Shown here: piece after piece, positions 19,293 through 28,135 of the stretch
How positions within the stretch are numbered: the stretch's first letter is position 1
How the letters are laid out: each line of letters starts with the position of its first letter
Source: a virus
Lineage: Duplodnaviria; Caudoviricetes
Strand: one strand, 5' to 3'
Length of the DNA: 64,000 nucleotides
IMG/VR virus record: IMGVR_UViG_3300037067_013676
Span: 24,535-88,534 of that record
Notes under the pieces: model-generated
Database searches by the model: none
What the model saw: the letters and a program-made list of their open reading frames with translations, nothing else
What the model was told of the DNA's origin: nothing
Position numbers and translations under genes: made by a program

Positions 19293-19957
19293 ATGATAAA
19301 ATAGTGATTTGTGGAGCCAGGGGTGGTAGTTCGAGGGTTCTCAACAAAAATATTAGAAAATTAGGAGAAATTCCTCTTATTGAGTATTCTCTATTTACTG
19401 GTGAATTATTAGGATTACCTATTTATGTTTCTTCCGATTCCGATAAAATACTCAAAATTGTAAAAACTCATGGATCTTTAGTAAACATTATTAAAAGACC
19501 TAGTATATTAGCTTCAAATACATCAACTGATATAGATTGGATAAAACATTTATTAAGTATTTATTATGAGCAAAATAGTTCTTATCCTAAACAATTAATA
19601 TTTTTAAGACCAACTACCCCACTTAGGGAAATTTCTATAGTTAAAGAAGCAATTAAAAAATTTAACGGTTCAAAATATACTTCATTAAGAAGTGTAGAAG
19701 AACTAAAAGAAAGTATCTATAAAACATATTTTATAAAAAACTGTATTCTTGAACCATTTAACAAAGATAATAGTAATGTGGCGAACCAAACCTTGCCAAT
19801 TTCCTATGGTGCAAACGGATATATAGATATACTACTTACAGAGCAAATATTAAACTCAAATGATATATATGGTGATAAAATAATGCCATTTATAACTCCA
19901 AGAACAATAGAAATAGATGATGAATTTGATTTTAAACTTGCGGAGAAATTAATATGA
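19289..19957 (+). CDS. neuA: acylneuraminate (CMP-nonulosonate) cytidylyltransferase
   Basis: ARGGSSRVLNKNI, VSSDSD, LRPTTPLR, NGYI, IEIDDEFDF. Confidence 0.9.
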   Translation: MNDKIVICGARGGSSRVLNKNIRKLGEIPLIEYSLFTGELLGLPIYVSSDSDKILKIVKTHGSLVNIIKRPSILASNTSTDIDWIKHLLSIYYEQNSSYPKQLIFLRPTTPLREISIVKEAIKKFNGSKYTSLRSVEELKESIYKTYFIKNCILEPFNKDNSNVANQTLPISYGANGYIDILLTEQILNSNDIYGDKIMPFITPRTIEIDDEFDFKLAEKLI

Positions 19958-21189
19958 AATATGCTAAAGTAGTAACTAAACTACCTCACAAAGCAGATTT
20001 AAAGCTTCTCAGCGATATTAACAAGTATGAAGCTAATAGTATGCAAGGACAAATACCTCTTATCTGGGATAGTGCTAAAGGGTTTTTAGTAAAAGATAGA
20101 CACGGTAATCAATTTTTGGATTTTACATCTGGAATAGCTGTTGCAAACTGTGGTCATGGTAATAATGATATAATGAATGCTATAAGAAGCAAAATAAATA
20201 GACCTTTAGTACATTCTTATACATTTGGAACTGAAATACGATATAAATTCTTAAAAGAATTAGTAGATATATATTACCCAAAAGGAAAAGCATTTTTAGT
20301 AAGTGCCGGAACTGAAGCTACTGAAGTTGCTGTAAAATTAATGCGTAGATATGGTATATCTCATAAAAAAGAAATGATAGGAATAGTGTCTTTTAAAGGA
20401 GCAATGCATGGAAGAACATCTATATCTGAAAATTTAAAGGGAGATAGTTTTCAGACTTCAAAAGATGGGTGGGCTAATAGAGATAATTCCATACTAAACA
20501 TTAATCCTCCTTTTGATAGTGAAAAATTTAACTATAAACATATTCCCGATATTAAAAATATTTGTGGGATTATTATAGAAAGTTATCAAGGTTGGTCTGC
20601 TAGATTTTATAATAAGAAATATATGCAGGATTTAGTAAAATATTGTAAAGAAAATAATATTTTAGTTTGTTTTGATGAAATACAGGGAGGATTTGGAAGA
20701 ACTGGTAAAATGTGGGCTTGGGAACATTACAATATACCACAACCAGATTTAATATGTTTTGGTAAAGGTGTTAGTTCAAGTGTTCCTTTATCTGGAGTGT
20801 TAGGTAGAAAAGATATACTAGATATACTAGAAGTAGGCGGCATGTCATCTACCCATTCAGCAAATCCTATTAGTTGTGCCGCTGGATTGTCTAATTTACA
20901 ATATCTTAAAAAATACAATTTAATAAAAAATTCAAGAATACTTGGTAAAAAAATGATAGATTTTCTTAGAGGTTTGGGTTTAGAAATCAATGGTAATGGG
21001 TTGTTGTGTGCAATTATTACTAAAACTGACGAAGAAGCTGATAGAATAGTTATAGAATGCTTTAAGAAAGGTTTATTACTAATAAGAACACATAAGAACT
21101 CAATTAAGCTCGCACCACCGTTAATTTTAACAGAGGATGCTCTCTTTGAAGGACTAAATATCATAAAAGAGGTTATTAAATCACAATGA
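19954..21189 (+). CDS. class III PLP-dependent aminotransferase
   Basis: FLDFTSGIAV, GTEATE, GAMHGRT, FDEIQGGFGRTG, DLICFGKG (PLP Lys), STHSANP, LAPPL. Confidence 0.92.
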   Translation: MKYAKVVTKLPHKADLKLLSDINKYEANSMQGQIPLIWDSAKGFLVKDRHGNQFLDFTSGIAVANCGHGNNDIMNAIRSKINRPLVHSYTFGTEIRYKFLKELVDIYYPKGKAFLVSAGTEATEVAVKLMRRYGISHKKEMIGIVSFKGAMHGRTSISENLKGDSFQTSKDGWANRDNSILNINPPFDSEKFNYKHIPDIKNICGIIIESYQGWSARFYNKKYMQDLVKYCKENNILVCFDEIQGGFGRTGKMWAWEHYNIPQPDLICFGKGVSSSVPLSGVLGRKDILDILEVGGMSSTHSANPISCAAGLSNLQYLKKYNLIKNSRILGKKMIDFLRGLGLEINGNGLLCAIITKTDEEADRIVIECFKKGLLLIRTHKNSIKLAPPLILTEDALFEGLNIIKEVIKSQ

Positions 21190-21590
21190 GTATATGTAAT
21201 ATTAGACACGTGTGTTTGTGTGTGAGTAATCTACAAAAAGCCGACTACTTTTATAGAAAAGTATTAGGTTTACATTATGTAAATAGTGAAGTAGAAGAAG
21301 GGGATTTCATTAAATCTCTTTTAGGATTAGATTCTCTAACTTGGGTCAAACTGGCTACTGATAGTGGAGATATATTAGAATTATATTGGTTGCCCACAAA
21401 AACCAATGATTCTTTTAATCATATAGCGTTTACTGTAGAAAATGTGCAATATATGAGAAATAAACTAAAAGAGTTTGAAATTGAGTGTTCCGAAATTAAA
21501 TTAGACAAAAGTGGAACTCATAAAGTAATGTTTTGTAGAGACCCCGAAAAAAATATGTTAGAAATTGTTGAGGAGATTAAAAATGTATAA
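21186..21590 (+). CDS. VOC/glyoxalase family protein
   Basis: IRHVCLCVSNL...FY..VLGL, ILELY, NHIAFTVEN, FCRDPE.N.LEIVE. Confidence 0.88.
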   Translation: MSICNIRHVCLCVSNLQKADYFYRKVLGLHYVNSEVEEGDFIKSLLGLDSLTWVKLATDSGDILELYWLPTKTNDSFNHIAFTVENVQYMRNKLKEFEIECSEIKLDKSGTHKVMFCRDPEKNMLEIVEEIKNV

Positions 21591-22386
21591 TTTAGCGGGT
21601 TTAAGTGTAGCATCGGTTGAACTTTCGAGTTTTTGTAATAAGGTTCCAGGGTGCTTCATGTGTGGGAGACGCAAGCTTGAAAAAGAACATCCAGAACTTT
21701 GCCAATGGGGAAATATGGATATTGGATTAGTAGATTTAATTGCAAAACAACTACCTTCAAATATTATAGTGAGTCTCCATGGAAATGGGGATCCTTTGTG
21801 CTATCCTAGGCTAAAAGAAGCACTACATAGATTTAAGCGTCAAATAAGAGTATTTAATACAAATGCAGTGGCTTTATTAGAAAAAGCAGATATTATAATA
21901 AATAACCTTGAATCTTTAACTATTTCAGTAATAGAAAACGATACTTTAGGAGATAAACAGTATGAAGATGTTAAAAAGTTTTTAGAAATAAAAGGTAACA
22001 AAAAACCAATTATGACTTATAGATTACTTGGAAATGTAGAAAATGCCAAAAGATGGTATGAATTACCAGGCAAAGTAGCTACAAGAATACTACACAATCC
22101 ACTGGGCAGTTTTGACTACACTAAAAAAGTAACGTTGCCTGAACACCAAATTTGTATGGACATGTTAACCCATTGTTTTATAGATAGATACGGCGATTTT
22201 TACCCTTGTATTCGGTACAATCCTTATAAAATAAACAAACTCGGTAATATTAAAGAAAATACTTTAGAAGAGTTGTGGAATAGCCCCAAAAGACTAAATC
22301 TACTTAAAGAACATGTAAAAGGAAACCGCAATTGTAGTAAACTTTGTAGTAAATGTGATTTTTATGGGATCCCACGTGGAGATTAA
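21583..22386 (+). CDS. radical SAM/SPASM protein with CX5CX2C motif
   Basis: VELSSFCNKVPGCFMC, LHGNGDPL, FNTNA; CMDML...GDFYPC...GNIKENTLEELWNS...CSKLCSKC. Confidence 0.82.
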   Translation: MYNLAGLSVASVELSSFCNKVPGCFMCGRRKLEKEHPELCQWGNMDIGLVDLIAKQLPSNIIVSLHGNGDPLCYPRLKEALHRFKRQIRVFNTNAVALLEKADIIINNLESLTISVIENDTLGDKQYEDVKKFLEIKGNKKPIMTYRLLGNVENAKRWYELPGKVATRILHNPLGSFDYTKKVTLPEHQICMDMLTHCFIDRYGDFYPCIRYNPYKINKLGNIKENTLEELWNSPKRLNLLKEHVKGNRNCSKLCSKCDFYGIPRGD

Positions 22387-22555
22387 CTATTGTGATTTAA
22401 GTTGTAAATATGCTTCTTTTCCAGATAAGTTATGTGATGGAAGTATGACTTGTAGGACTTTTGTAGGTATATTTTGTAAGAAAGATAAGAAGATTGTTTA
22501 TAAGAATGCTAAATGTAGTAAATTTAAGCCTAGGAGCCTCAAAATTGAAAGATAG
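22376..22555 (+). CDS. small Cys-rich hypothetical protein
   Basis: Likely GTG at 22376; six Cys in 59 aa. Confidence 0.55.
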   Translation: MEINYCDLSCKYASFPDKLCDGSMTCRTFVGIFCKKDKKIVYKNAKCSKFKPRSLKIER

Positions 22556-22658
22556 TATAAAAAGAGTAGATTTACCCACTCTACTTAAAATAATCAAACA
22601 CAGGGTATCACAAACGCAAATTTACCCTATTTGTGAGACTACATGGGAGACAATATGA
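22545..22658 (+). CDS. 37-aa hypothetical protein (not in ORF track)
   Basis: AGGAG at 22532-22536, TTG 8 nt later; MKDSIKRVDLPTLLKIIKHRVSQTQIYPICETTWETI*; ATGA overlap with the next gene. Confidence 0.6.
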   Translation: MKDSIKRVDLPTLLKIIKHRVSQTQIYPICETTWETI

Positions 22659-23404
22659 GTAATAATTGTAAATTTTCACTTTCAGCTTCAGCTATACGAC
22701 CTCAAATTTGGCAACAGTTGTTAGATTCTTTAAGAAGTAATGATTTGAAATATGAAGTAGTTTTGGCTGGAAATGTTAGACCACAATTTGATATATCTAA
22801 ATATCCAGAATTAAAATACATATATTCACCAACAAAGCCGAGTCAGTGTTATCAGATATGTTTTAATGAAAGTGTTGGTGAGTTAGTATCTTGGGGAAGT
22901 GATGACTCCACCTACCCACCTAACGCTTTAGATGAAATGTATGAGTTTTTTAAGTCTTTTAACAATAGAAAATTGGTGGCGGCGTTTAGAACTGTTGAGG
23001 ATGGTAGAGATATTACTGAATGGCATAGATTGAGGGGGCGAGATCCAAATGCTCCAAGAATGGCTCCCTTTGGAGTAATGGATAGGGAGTTTTTTAATGA
23101 ACTGGGTGGATACGATCGTAGATTTATTTGTGGGCAATCTGAAAATGATGTAGTAATGAGAGTGTATGAAGCTGGCGGGGAACTACAAATATCTAAAGTT
23201 CCAGTAATAGTAAATCATCAAAAAGCTCATGATAGCAGTGGAACTGTGTTTAGAAGTGGATATTTCCATGAAGATCGTAGGGTATTAGAATCGGCATGGT
23301 TTAATCCAGATAAAACTATTTCTAATAAACGATTAGTTCCTTTTGAATCTTTTGATAAAACTGATATTTTAACAAAAACTCAATCGCAACGTGGGAAGTG
23401 GTAA
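22655..23404 (+). CDS. GT2-like glycosyltransferase (paralogue of 13825..14634)
   Basis: SASAIRPQ, YIYSPTKPSQC, SWGSDDS, LGGYDRRFICGQSEND. Confidence 0.8.
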   Translation: MSNNCKFSLSASAIRPQIWQQLLDSLRSNDLKYEVVLAGNVRPQFDISKYPELKYIYSPTKPSQCYQICFNESVGELVSWGSDDSTYPPNALDEMYEFFKSFNNRKLVAAFRTVEDGRDITEWHRLRGRDPNAPRMAPFGVMDREFFNELGGYDRRFICGQSENDVVMRVYEAGGELQISKVPVIVNHQKAHDSSGTVFRSGYFHEDRRVLESAWFNPDKTISNKRLVPFESFDKTDILTKTQSQRGKW

Positions 23405-23405
23405 A

Positions 23406-24020
23406 ATGAAACCTTGGATTGTCAGTTGTTTTTATACCGCCCAAACGCCCTACAGAGACATTTTATATTCACAGTTAATCCCAAGTCTTGATAAATTAAA
23501 TATTAAATATAACATAGAAGAAATAGAAAATAAAGGTTCGTGGTTAAAAAATGTTGCCCAAAAACCTCTAACTATACTTCATACTTTAGAAAAGTATCCA
23601 GAATATAATTGCGTGTCAATTGATTCTGATGCGGAAGTGTTAAGTTATCCTAAAATATTTGATGAAATTGGAGAAGAATTTGATATAGGTTTACATGAGT
23701 TAGACTGGGATAGTTGGTATCAAAATAACTCGCATGTTAAAGAAATATTGAGTGGTACTGGTTGGTTTAACAATACTCAAAAAGTAAAAGATTTAGTTAA
23801 AGAGTGGTATGATAGAGCCATAAAAGACTATAAATGGGAGCAAAAGGTGCTTTCGGGTCTGATTTTAGAAAAAAAAGATATTAAAATATTTGAATTGCCA
23901 ATTGAATATGTATGGTTAGAATCACTTCCAGATGGTTCTCCACCAAAAATAAAAGGAACTCCAATCATTCTTCACAAACAAGCATCTCGCCAAATGAAAC
24001 GTAAAATTAGATTATTATAA
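23406..24020 (+). CDS. GT-A nucleotide-diphospho-sugar transferase
   Basis: SCFYT..TPY, GSW.KNVAQKP, SIDSDAE (DxD), SGT.WF, WEQK, ILHKQAS. Confidence 0.72.
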   Translation: MKPWIVSCFYTAQTPYRDILYSQLIPSLDKLNIKYNIEEIENKGSWLKNVAQKPLTILHTLEKYPEYNCVSIDSDAEVLSYPKIFDEIGEEFDIGLHELDWDSWYQNNSHVKEILSGTGWFNNTQKVKDLVKEWYDRAIKDYKWEQKVLSGLILEKKDIKIFELPIEYVWLESLPDGSPPKIKGTPIILHKQASRQMKRKIRLL

Positions 24021-25077
24021 TCCCAAAACTTCTAGCCCCCCCAGTAGTAGCATAACAATTATCAATATAAAAAGTATTAATACTATCTGAATTTACTATA
24101 GTAATTATAATACTATCTATTGCGTCTTTATTAGCATTACTTACACCAGATATATCCCAAATAACTCTCTGGTAGGTGTCAGCCGAAGCTATGTTAGGGG
24201 TAGTTTCTGTCGTCGTCCCCCCGCTATCCCTAATCCCTATCTTGATATTACTTCCGGTCCTGCTTGAGCGAATATCAAATTTAATTGCCCCCTGTCCTGT
24301 CAAATCTATGGGAGAGCCTATTATGCGGGTAAGGGTCTTGTTAAGGCTGTCAGTTTTTACTGCACCGCATTTAAGGGAATACGAGCCTTGAGTTTTGATT
24401 GTGTTTTCAGAGAAACAATCCAACCCCCCGTTAGTCGCTGAACCTGCCTTAAACCAGTCTATATAAGTTAATCTTCCTCCAGTAGTAAAGGCATATTGCG
24501 AAAACCAGATTAAGCCATTTGTGCCTGCACTTGTCCATAAATCCATTTGCGAAGCCTTCAGGGATTTATTCAAATAGACATCAACTTTTTTATTAGTCCA
24601 GTCAATATCAAAACTCCACTCCTGCCAAGTGTCTTGGACTACGAGGTCAGCCCCTGCTTCTACATAAGTAGACCCATTAAAAACGAATAACCCGTCAGAG
24701 GCAAAAGCAACATTTAACTTGGCACTCCCGTCCTGTGCCGACATAAAAAAATAATCATCAGCCGTCATTGTGCCTATGGAGTCGCAGTATACGCTTAGTG
24801 AAATCACCGCCCTTGAGCCAAAACTGCCTATATCCTGTGTTCTTCTTGGTTCGTTAGGGTTAAGGTCGGGGCAGTCAAGTTTCATACAAGACTTACCGTC
24901 AAAGGTTACCTGCGAGGAAACACCTGTGCCTATATCATCGTCCGACCAGTCAGTAATATCCGCCATATCCTCATCGTCTATATCGGCGTTAGAGAGAGTA
25001 GCCCCATCTGTTACATACGCCGCCTGTGCAAGTTCTGGAGTGCTATATTCCATCAGGTCAATATCTATTTGTGCCAT
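24007..25077 (-). CDS. putative virion-associated lectin/carbohydrate-binding (ConA/CBM-like) protein
   Basis: Beta-rich; WQEWSFDIDW and TYIDWF (jelly-roll-like); C-terminal GSYSLK...IKFDIRS...FYIDN CBM-like segment; last gene of the structural operon. Confidence 0.55.
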   Translation of the reverse strand: MAQIDIDLMEYSTPELAQAAYVTDGATLSNADIDDEDMADITDWSDDDIGTGVSSQVTFDGKSCMKLDCPDLNPNEPRRTQDIGSFGSRAVISLSVYCDSIGTMTADDYFFMSAQDGSAKLNVAFASDGLFVFNGSTYVEAGADLVVQDTWQEWSFDIDWTNKKVDVYLNKSLKASQMDLWTSAGTNGLIWFSQYAFTTGGRLTYIDWFKAGSATNGGLDCFSENTIKTQGSYSLKCGAVKTDSLNKTLTRIIGSPIDLTGQGAIKFDIRSSRTGSNIKIGIRDSGGTTTETTPNIASADTYQRVIWDISGVSNANKDAIDSIIITIVNSDSINTFYIDNCYATTGGARSFGIIII

Positions 25078-25721
25078 TTTATATCCATCCTTGTTTTCAT
25101 AGTTAAAGATTTATGATGAGTTTCACAGAAAGTTTGTCCATTATTCACATCCCAAAATGGTTCATATGTAGTGGCAAGTCTAAGTAAAGTTTCTTTATCT
25201 TCTATGGGGCTAAATTGTGAATATGTTTGTAAAAATTCTACAACTAATTTAGTGAACGACTTTATGTGATGAACTTCTAAATTATTTTTAGTAAAACATT
25301 CTTGACATCTAAAATAATCTCTTTTTAAGCAATCCATATGCCATTTTTTATATTCATCAATATTTCTTAAATGATTCATAAGTCTTCTATCTGGAGAAAG
25401 TTCATAAATAGTTTGTGCTTTAGTATAACATTCTCTACTACAATATTTCCCCCTACCTCTATCAACTTGGTCTTTACGAACTTTAAATTCTTTATCACAC
25501 TCTAAACATATTCTATTTACTAAAATTAAAGTTCCTTTATTATGAGGAATTTGTCCTTTTAATCTTCCTTTAATCGCTCCACCAAGCGGTTCATGCCCAA
25601 CTTGGAATCCACACTTTTTAGGATATAATCCCAATTCTTTTGTTTTACCTTTCATTAAACTAGGTTCATCTTTTTTAAATCCATTAGTATTACCTAAATT
25701 CATTCCTTTAATTCCACTCAT
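25065..25721 (-). CDS. free-standing HNH homing endonuclease (family B)
   Basis: RDYFRCQEC...LEVHHIK...WDVNNGQTFCETHH; NUMOD3-like PHNKG. Confidence 0.85.
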   Translation of the reverse strand: MSGIKGMNLGNTNGFKKDEPSLMKGKTKELGLYPKKCGFQVGHEPLGGAIKGRLKGQIPHNKGTLILVNRICLECDKEFKVRKDQVDRGRGKYCSRECYTKAQTIYELSPDRRLMNHLRNIDEYKKWHMDCLKRDYFRCQECFTKNNLEVHHIKSFTKLVVEFLQTYSQFSPIEDKETLLRLATTYEPFWDVNNGQTFCETHHKSLTMKTRMDIKWHK

Positions 25722-25722
25722 T

Positions 25723-27738
25723 TTACAGTATCCTATTTACAAATAAACTTAAAGTACATCTACTTATGGAACTACAACTATCAACATTAAATCTTAATAT
25801 GTCATTAGTATTTATTGTGGTGGTCCAATTGGTTAAAGTCGAACTTTGATTTTTAACATCTGATGTTATATAAGGTATTACATTTCCAGATTCTATAATA
25901 CTATCAGCATTGGTGGGGGGAAAATTTTGATATGAATCCTTCCAAATATCAATAGAAATACTTCCCGTTGTATCCCCCACTAAAGTCCATCTTGTTATTG
26001 TACAGGGAAATGGAATTTCTAAATCCCCCTTTACCCCAGCTGTAATAGCTGAACCACCACCATCTATTACAAATTCTATAACACTGGTAAATGTTTTATT
26101 TGCCCAATAATCATTTTGGTAAGCTAATATTTGCCCAGTAGTAATACCACTTGTAACATCAACATTACTCAAATCATCTAAAGTTGATGGAACGGATAAA
26201 GTTTGAAAAGTAGGAGCACTACCAGCACCATTACTAGTTAATACTTGCCCAGATAAACCTATTGCTATTTGACTAAAAGAAGTAGTGGTATCTGCATAGG
26301 GAATTAAATACTGTGTCCAAGAAGATTTACCTGTACCACCATCTACCACAGCTACATCTCCACCTATAGCAGTAGACAACCCCGCCGAATTAACTAATGC
26401 GGATTGTTTATTATTAAAAGTAGTCCAATCTGTAGAAGATAAATAACCAGACTGTCCACTAGTTGCTAATTTAACTTGAATAGTAGTTCCAGAACCAATC
26501 ACAGCCGAACTTCCCCCAGTAATTGTTAATACTGAAGAAGTTAATTCTGTTAAATTTCCTTTAGCTACTGTTGGTTCAAATCCTGTATGCCCAGCAGAAA
26601 CATAATCTAGTTCAGTTAAAGCAGAGTGATTAGTTACTCCAGCAGAACTAGCTACGTTTCTCCATACCGCATCTCCAGCATCCCAAGTTAATACATCTCC
26701 ATCAGCTAAACCACTATTAACCACTACATCACTTAAATTATCCAAAGTAATCCCCGTACTTATATAAGTAGAATCTTGATAATCAGCAGTAAATTCGTGA
26801 TTATGTATAAAATAGTTTTGTTTGTTAATAGAAGTACTTGAAGATGTTATGTAATAATTTCCTTCATAAGCCGACTGCCCAGCATTTCTTATAGTTACAT
26901 AAATAGAAGTTCCATAACTACACCACGCCCAATCTTCATCTAATATTTCTTCACTAGACATTTTAAGTAAAGAAATTACAGAATTAGCAGGGGTAATTAT
27001 ATAAGCGGTTGCTGTAGTTACTGGAGTGGTTGAAGTTGATATACGAACCCAGTATTTTGTTTGACTATTAACACTTGTGGTTGTCCAGTTTGAAGGAATG
27101 TCCCAATAAATTCTTCCATCACTTTCAAAATTAGAAGTATCATCAGTATAGGTAGCACCAGAAATATCTATACTTGTCCACGCTGTTCCATTCCAATATT
27201 CTCCCTCTAAACTATAATTAGAACCTCTTGTATCAAATTCAAAAGAAATTCCAGCAAAAGTTGAAGAAAGTCCAACATATAAATAATCACTTGTATCATT
27301 CATTAAACTAAAACTAGTACCATCTTCTGTGCCTGCTTCTGTAGTGTTATCAGTAAAAACAGAACCTTCATCTAAAAAGACTTTATCAAAAGTAGTATCA
27401 GATTCGGAATTAGCTTCTCCACGATTTTCTAAATCAATATCATCTAAATAGAGCATATTAACAGAATTGTATGTGTAGTTGGTTGGTGAGTACTTCCACA
27501 GTGAGTAACCCGACTCGGCATGTAAATGCGTCCAGCCACTGTAAGTGGATAAAGTATGACCCAAACTTACATCACGAAGGTATTTTCTGTCCAAATCAAA
27601 ATCTGTAACTAATTGATCTATTTCATTTTTGTCAAACCTAGCTTTTTCTACTAAACCAAAGATTTCAAGCACTTGATCAGATAAATTAGAAATTTTGGTT
27701 GTTGTTGGTAGGTTGGAATTTATCTTACTGATACTCAT
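25723..27738 (-). CDS. tail fibre-like protein
   Basis: S/T/G-rich; repeats LDNLSDVVV and LDDLSNVDV; C-terminal IEFVIDGGGSAITAGVKGD domain; ATG 27738. Confidence 0.7.
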   Translation of the reverse strand: MSISKINSNLPTTTKISNLSDQVLEIFGLVEKARFDKNEIDQLVTDFDLDRKYLRDVSLGHTLSTYSGWTHLHAESGYSLWKYSPTNYTYNSVNMLYLDDIDLENRGEANSESDTTFDKVFLDEGSVFTDNTTEAGTEDGTSFSLMNDTSDYLYVGLSSTFAGISFEFDTRGSNYSLEGEYWNGTAWTSIDISGATYTDDTSNFESDGRIYWDIPSNWTTTSVNSQTKYWVRISTSTTPVTTATAYIITPANSVISLLKMSSEEILDEDWAWCSYGTSIYVTIRNAGQSAYEGNYYITSSSTSINKQNYFIHNHEFTADYQDSTYISTGITLDNLSDVVVNSGLADGDVLTWDAGDAVWRNVASSAGVTNHSALTELDYVSAGHTGFEPTVAKGNLTELTSSVLTITGGSSAVIGSGTTIQVKLATSGQSGYLSSTDWTTFNNKQSALVNSAGLSTAIGGDVAVVDGGTGKSSWTQYLIPYADTTTSFSQIAIGLSGQVLTSNGAGSAPTFQTLSVPSTLDDLSNVDVTSGITTGQILAYQNDYWANKTFTSVIEFVIDGGGSAITAGVKGDLEIPFPCTITRWTLVGDTTGSISIDIWKDSYQNFPPTNADSIIESGNVIPYITSDVKNQSSTLTNWTTTINTNDILRFNVDSCSSISRCTLSLFVNRIL

Positions 27739-27739
27739 A

Positions 27740-28135
27740 TCATTTTTCTCCATTTACTTCTTTTTCTTTTAATTGTTCTTCAAGATTTTTAATTTTATCT
27801 TCTAAAGATTTTATTTTTATTTTATCTACACTTAAAAAATTATTTTCAACCTTACTTATAATTTTAGATTCTTTTTTTAATTTAGTTTTGTTTAAATCTA
27901 GTTGAATTTCTTCATTAGATTTTTTTATTATTTTTTTGTCTATTATTTTATATAATTTATAATCATTATAAAAAGGAAAATCTTTAATTGATATAAAAAA
28001 CTCAGTTAATTTATGTTCATTATTCCAAAAATCCGAAATTGTAGCAGAATTATTTGGGAATCTTTTTTCTAAATAAGATTCATCAGTAAATATAAATTCT
28101 ATTTCCCCAGTTTCTTTTTTATATCCCAAAAGCAT
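27740..28135 (-). CDS. hypothetical protein (fibre-associated, coiled-coil C-terminus)
   Basis: Position between tail genes; KSLEDKIKNLEEQL. Confidence 0.55.
   Translation of the reverse strand: MLLGYKKETGEIEFIFTDESYLEKRFPNNSATISDFWNNEHKLTEFFISIKDFPFYNDYKLYKIIDKKIIKKSNEEIQLDLNKTKLKKESKIISKVENNFLSVDKIKIKSLEDKIKNLEEQLKEKEVNGEK

Noticed and set aside
22556-22654. Apparent intergenic RNA switch (AGGGTA/TACCCT and TCACAAA/TTTGTGA pairings)
   Set aside because: The stretch is covered by a 37-aa ORF with a good SD and ATGA coupling, and the pairing geometry is not a canonical pseudoknot.
2547-24020. Classic gtrABC serotype conversion or a captured O-antigen locus
   Set aside because: No flippase, polymerase, undecaprenyl transferase or NDP-sugar epimerase/dehydratase recognised; genes are interleaved with phage endonucleases.
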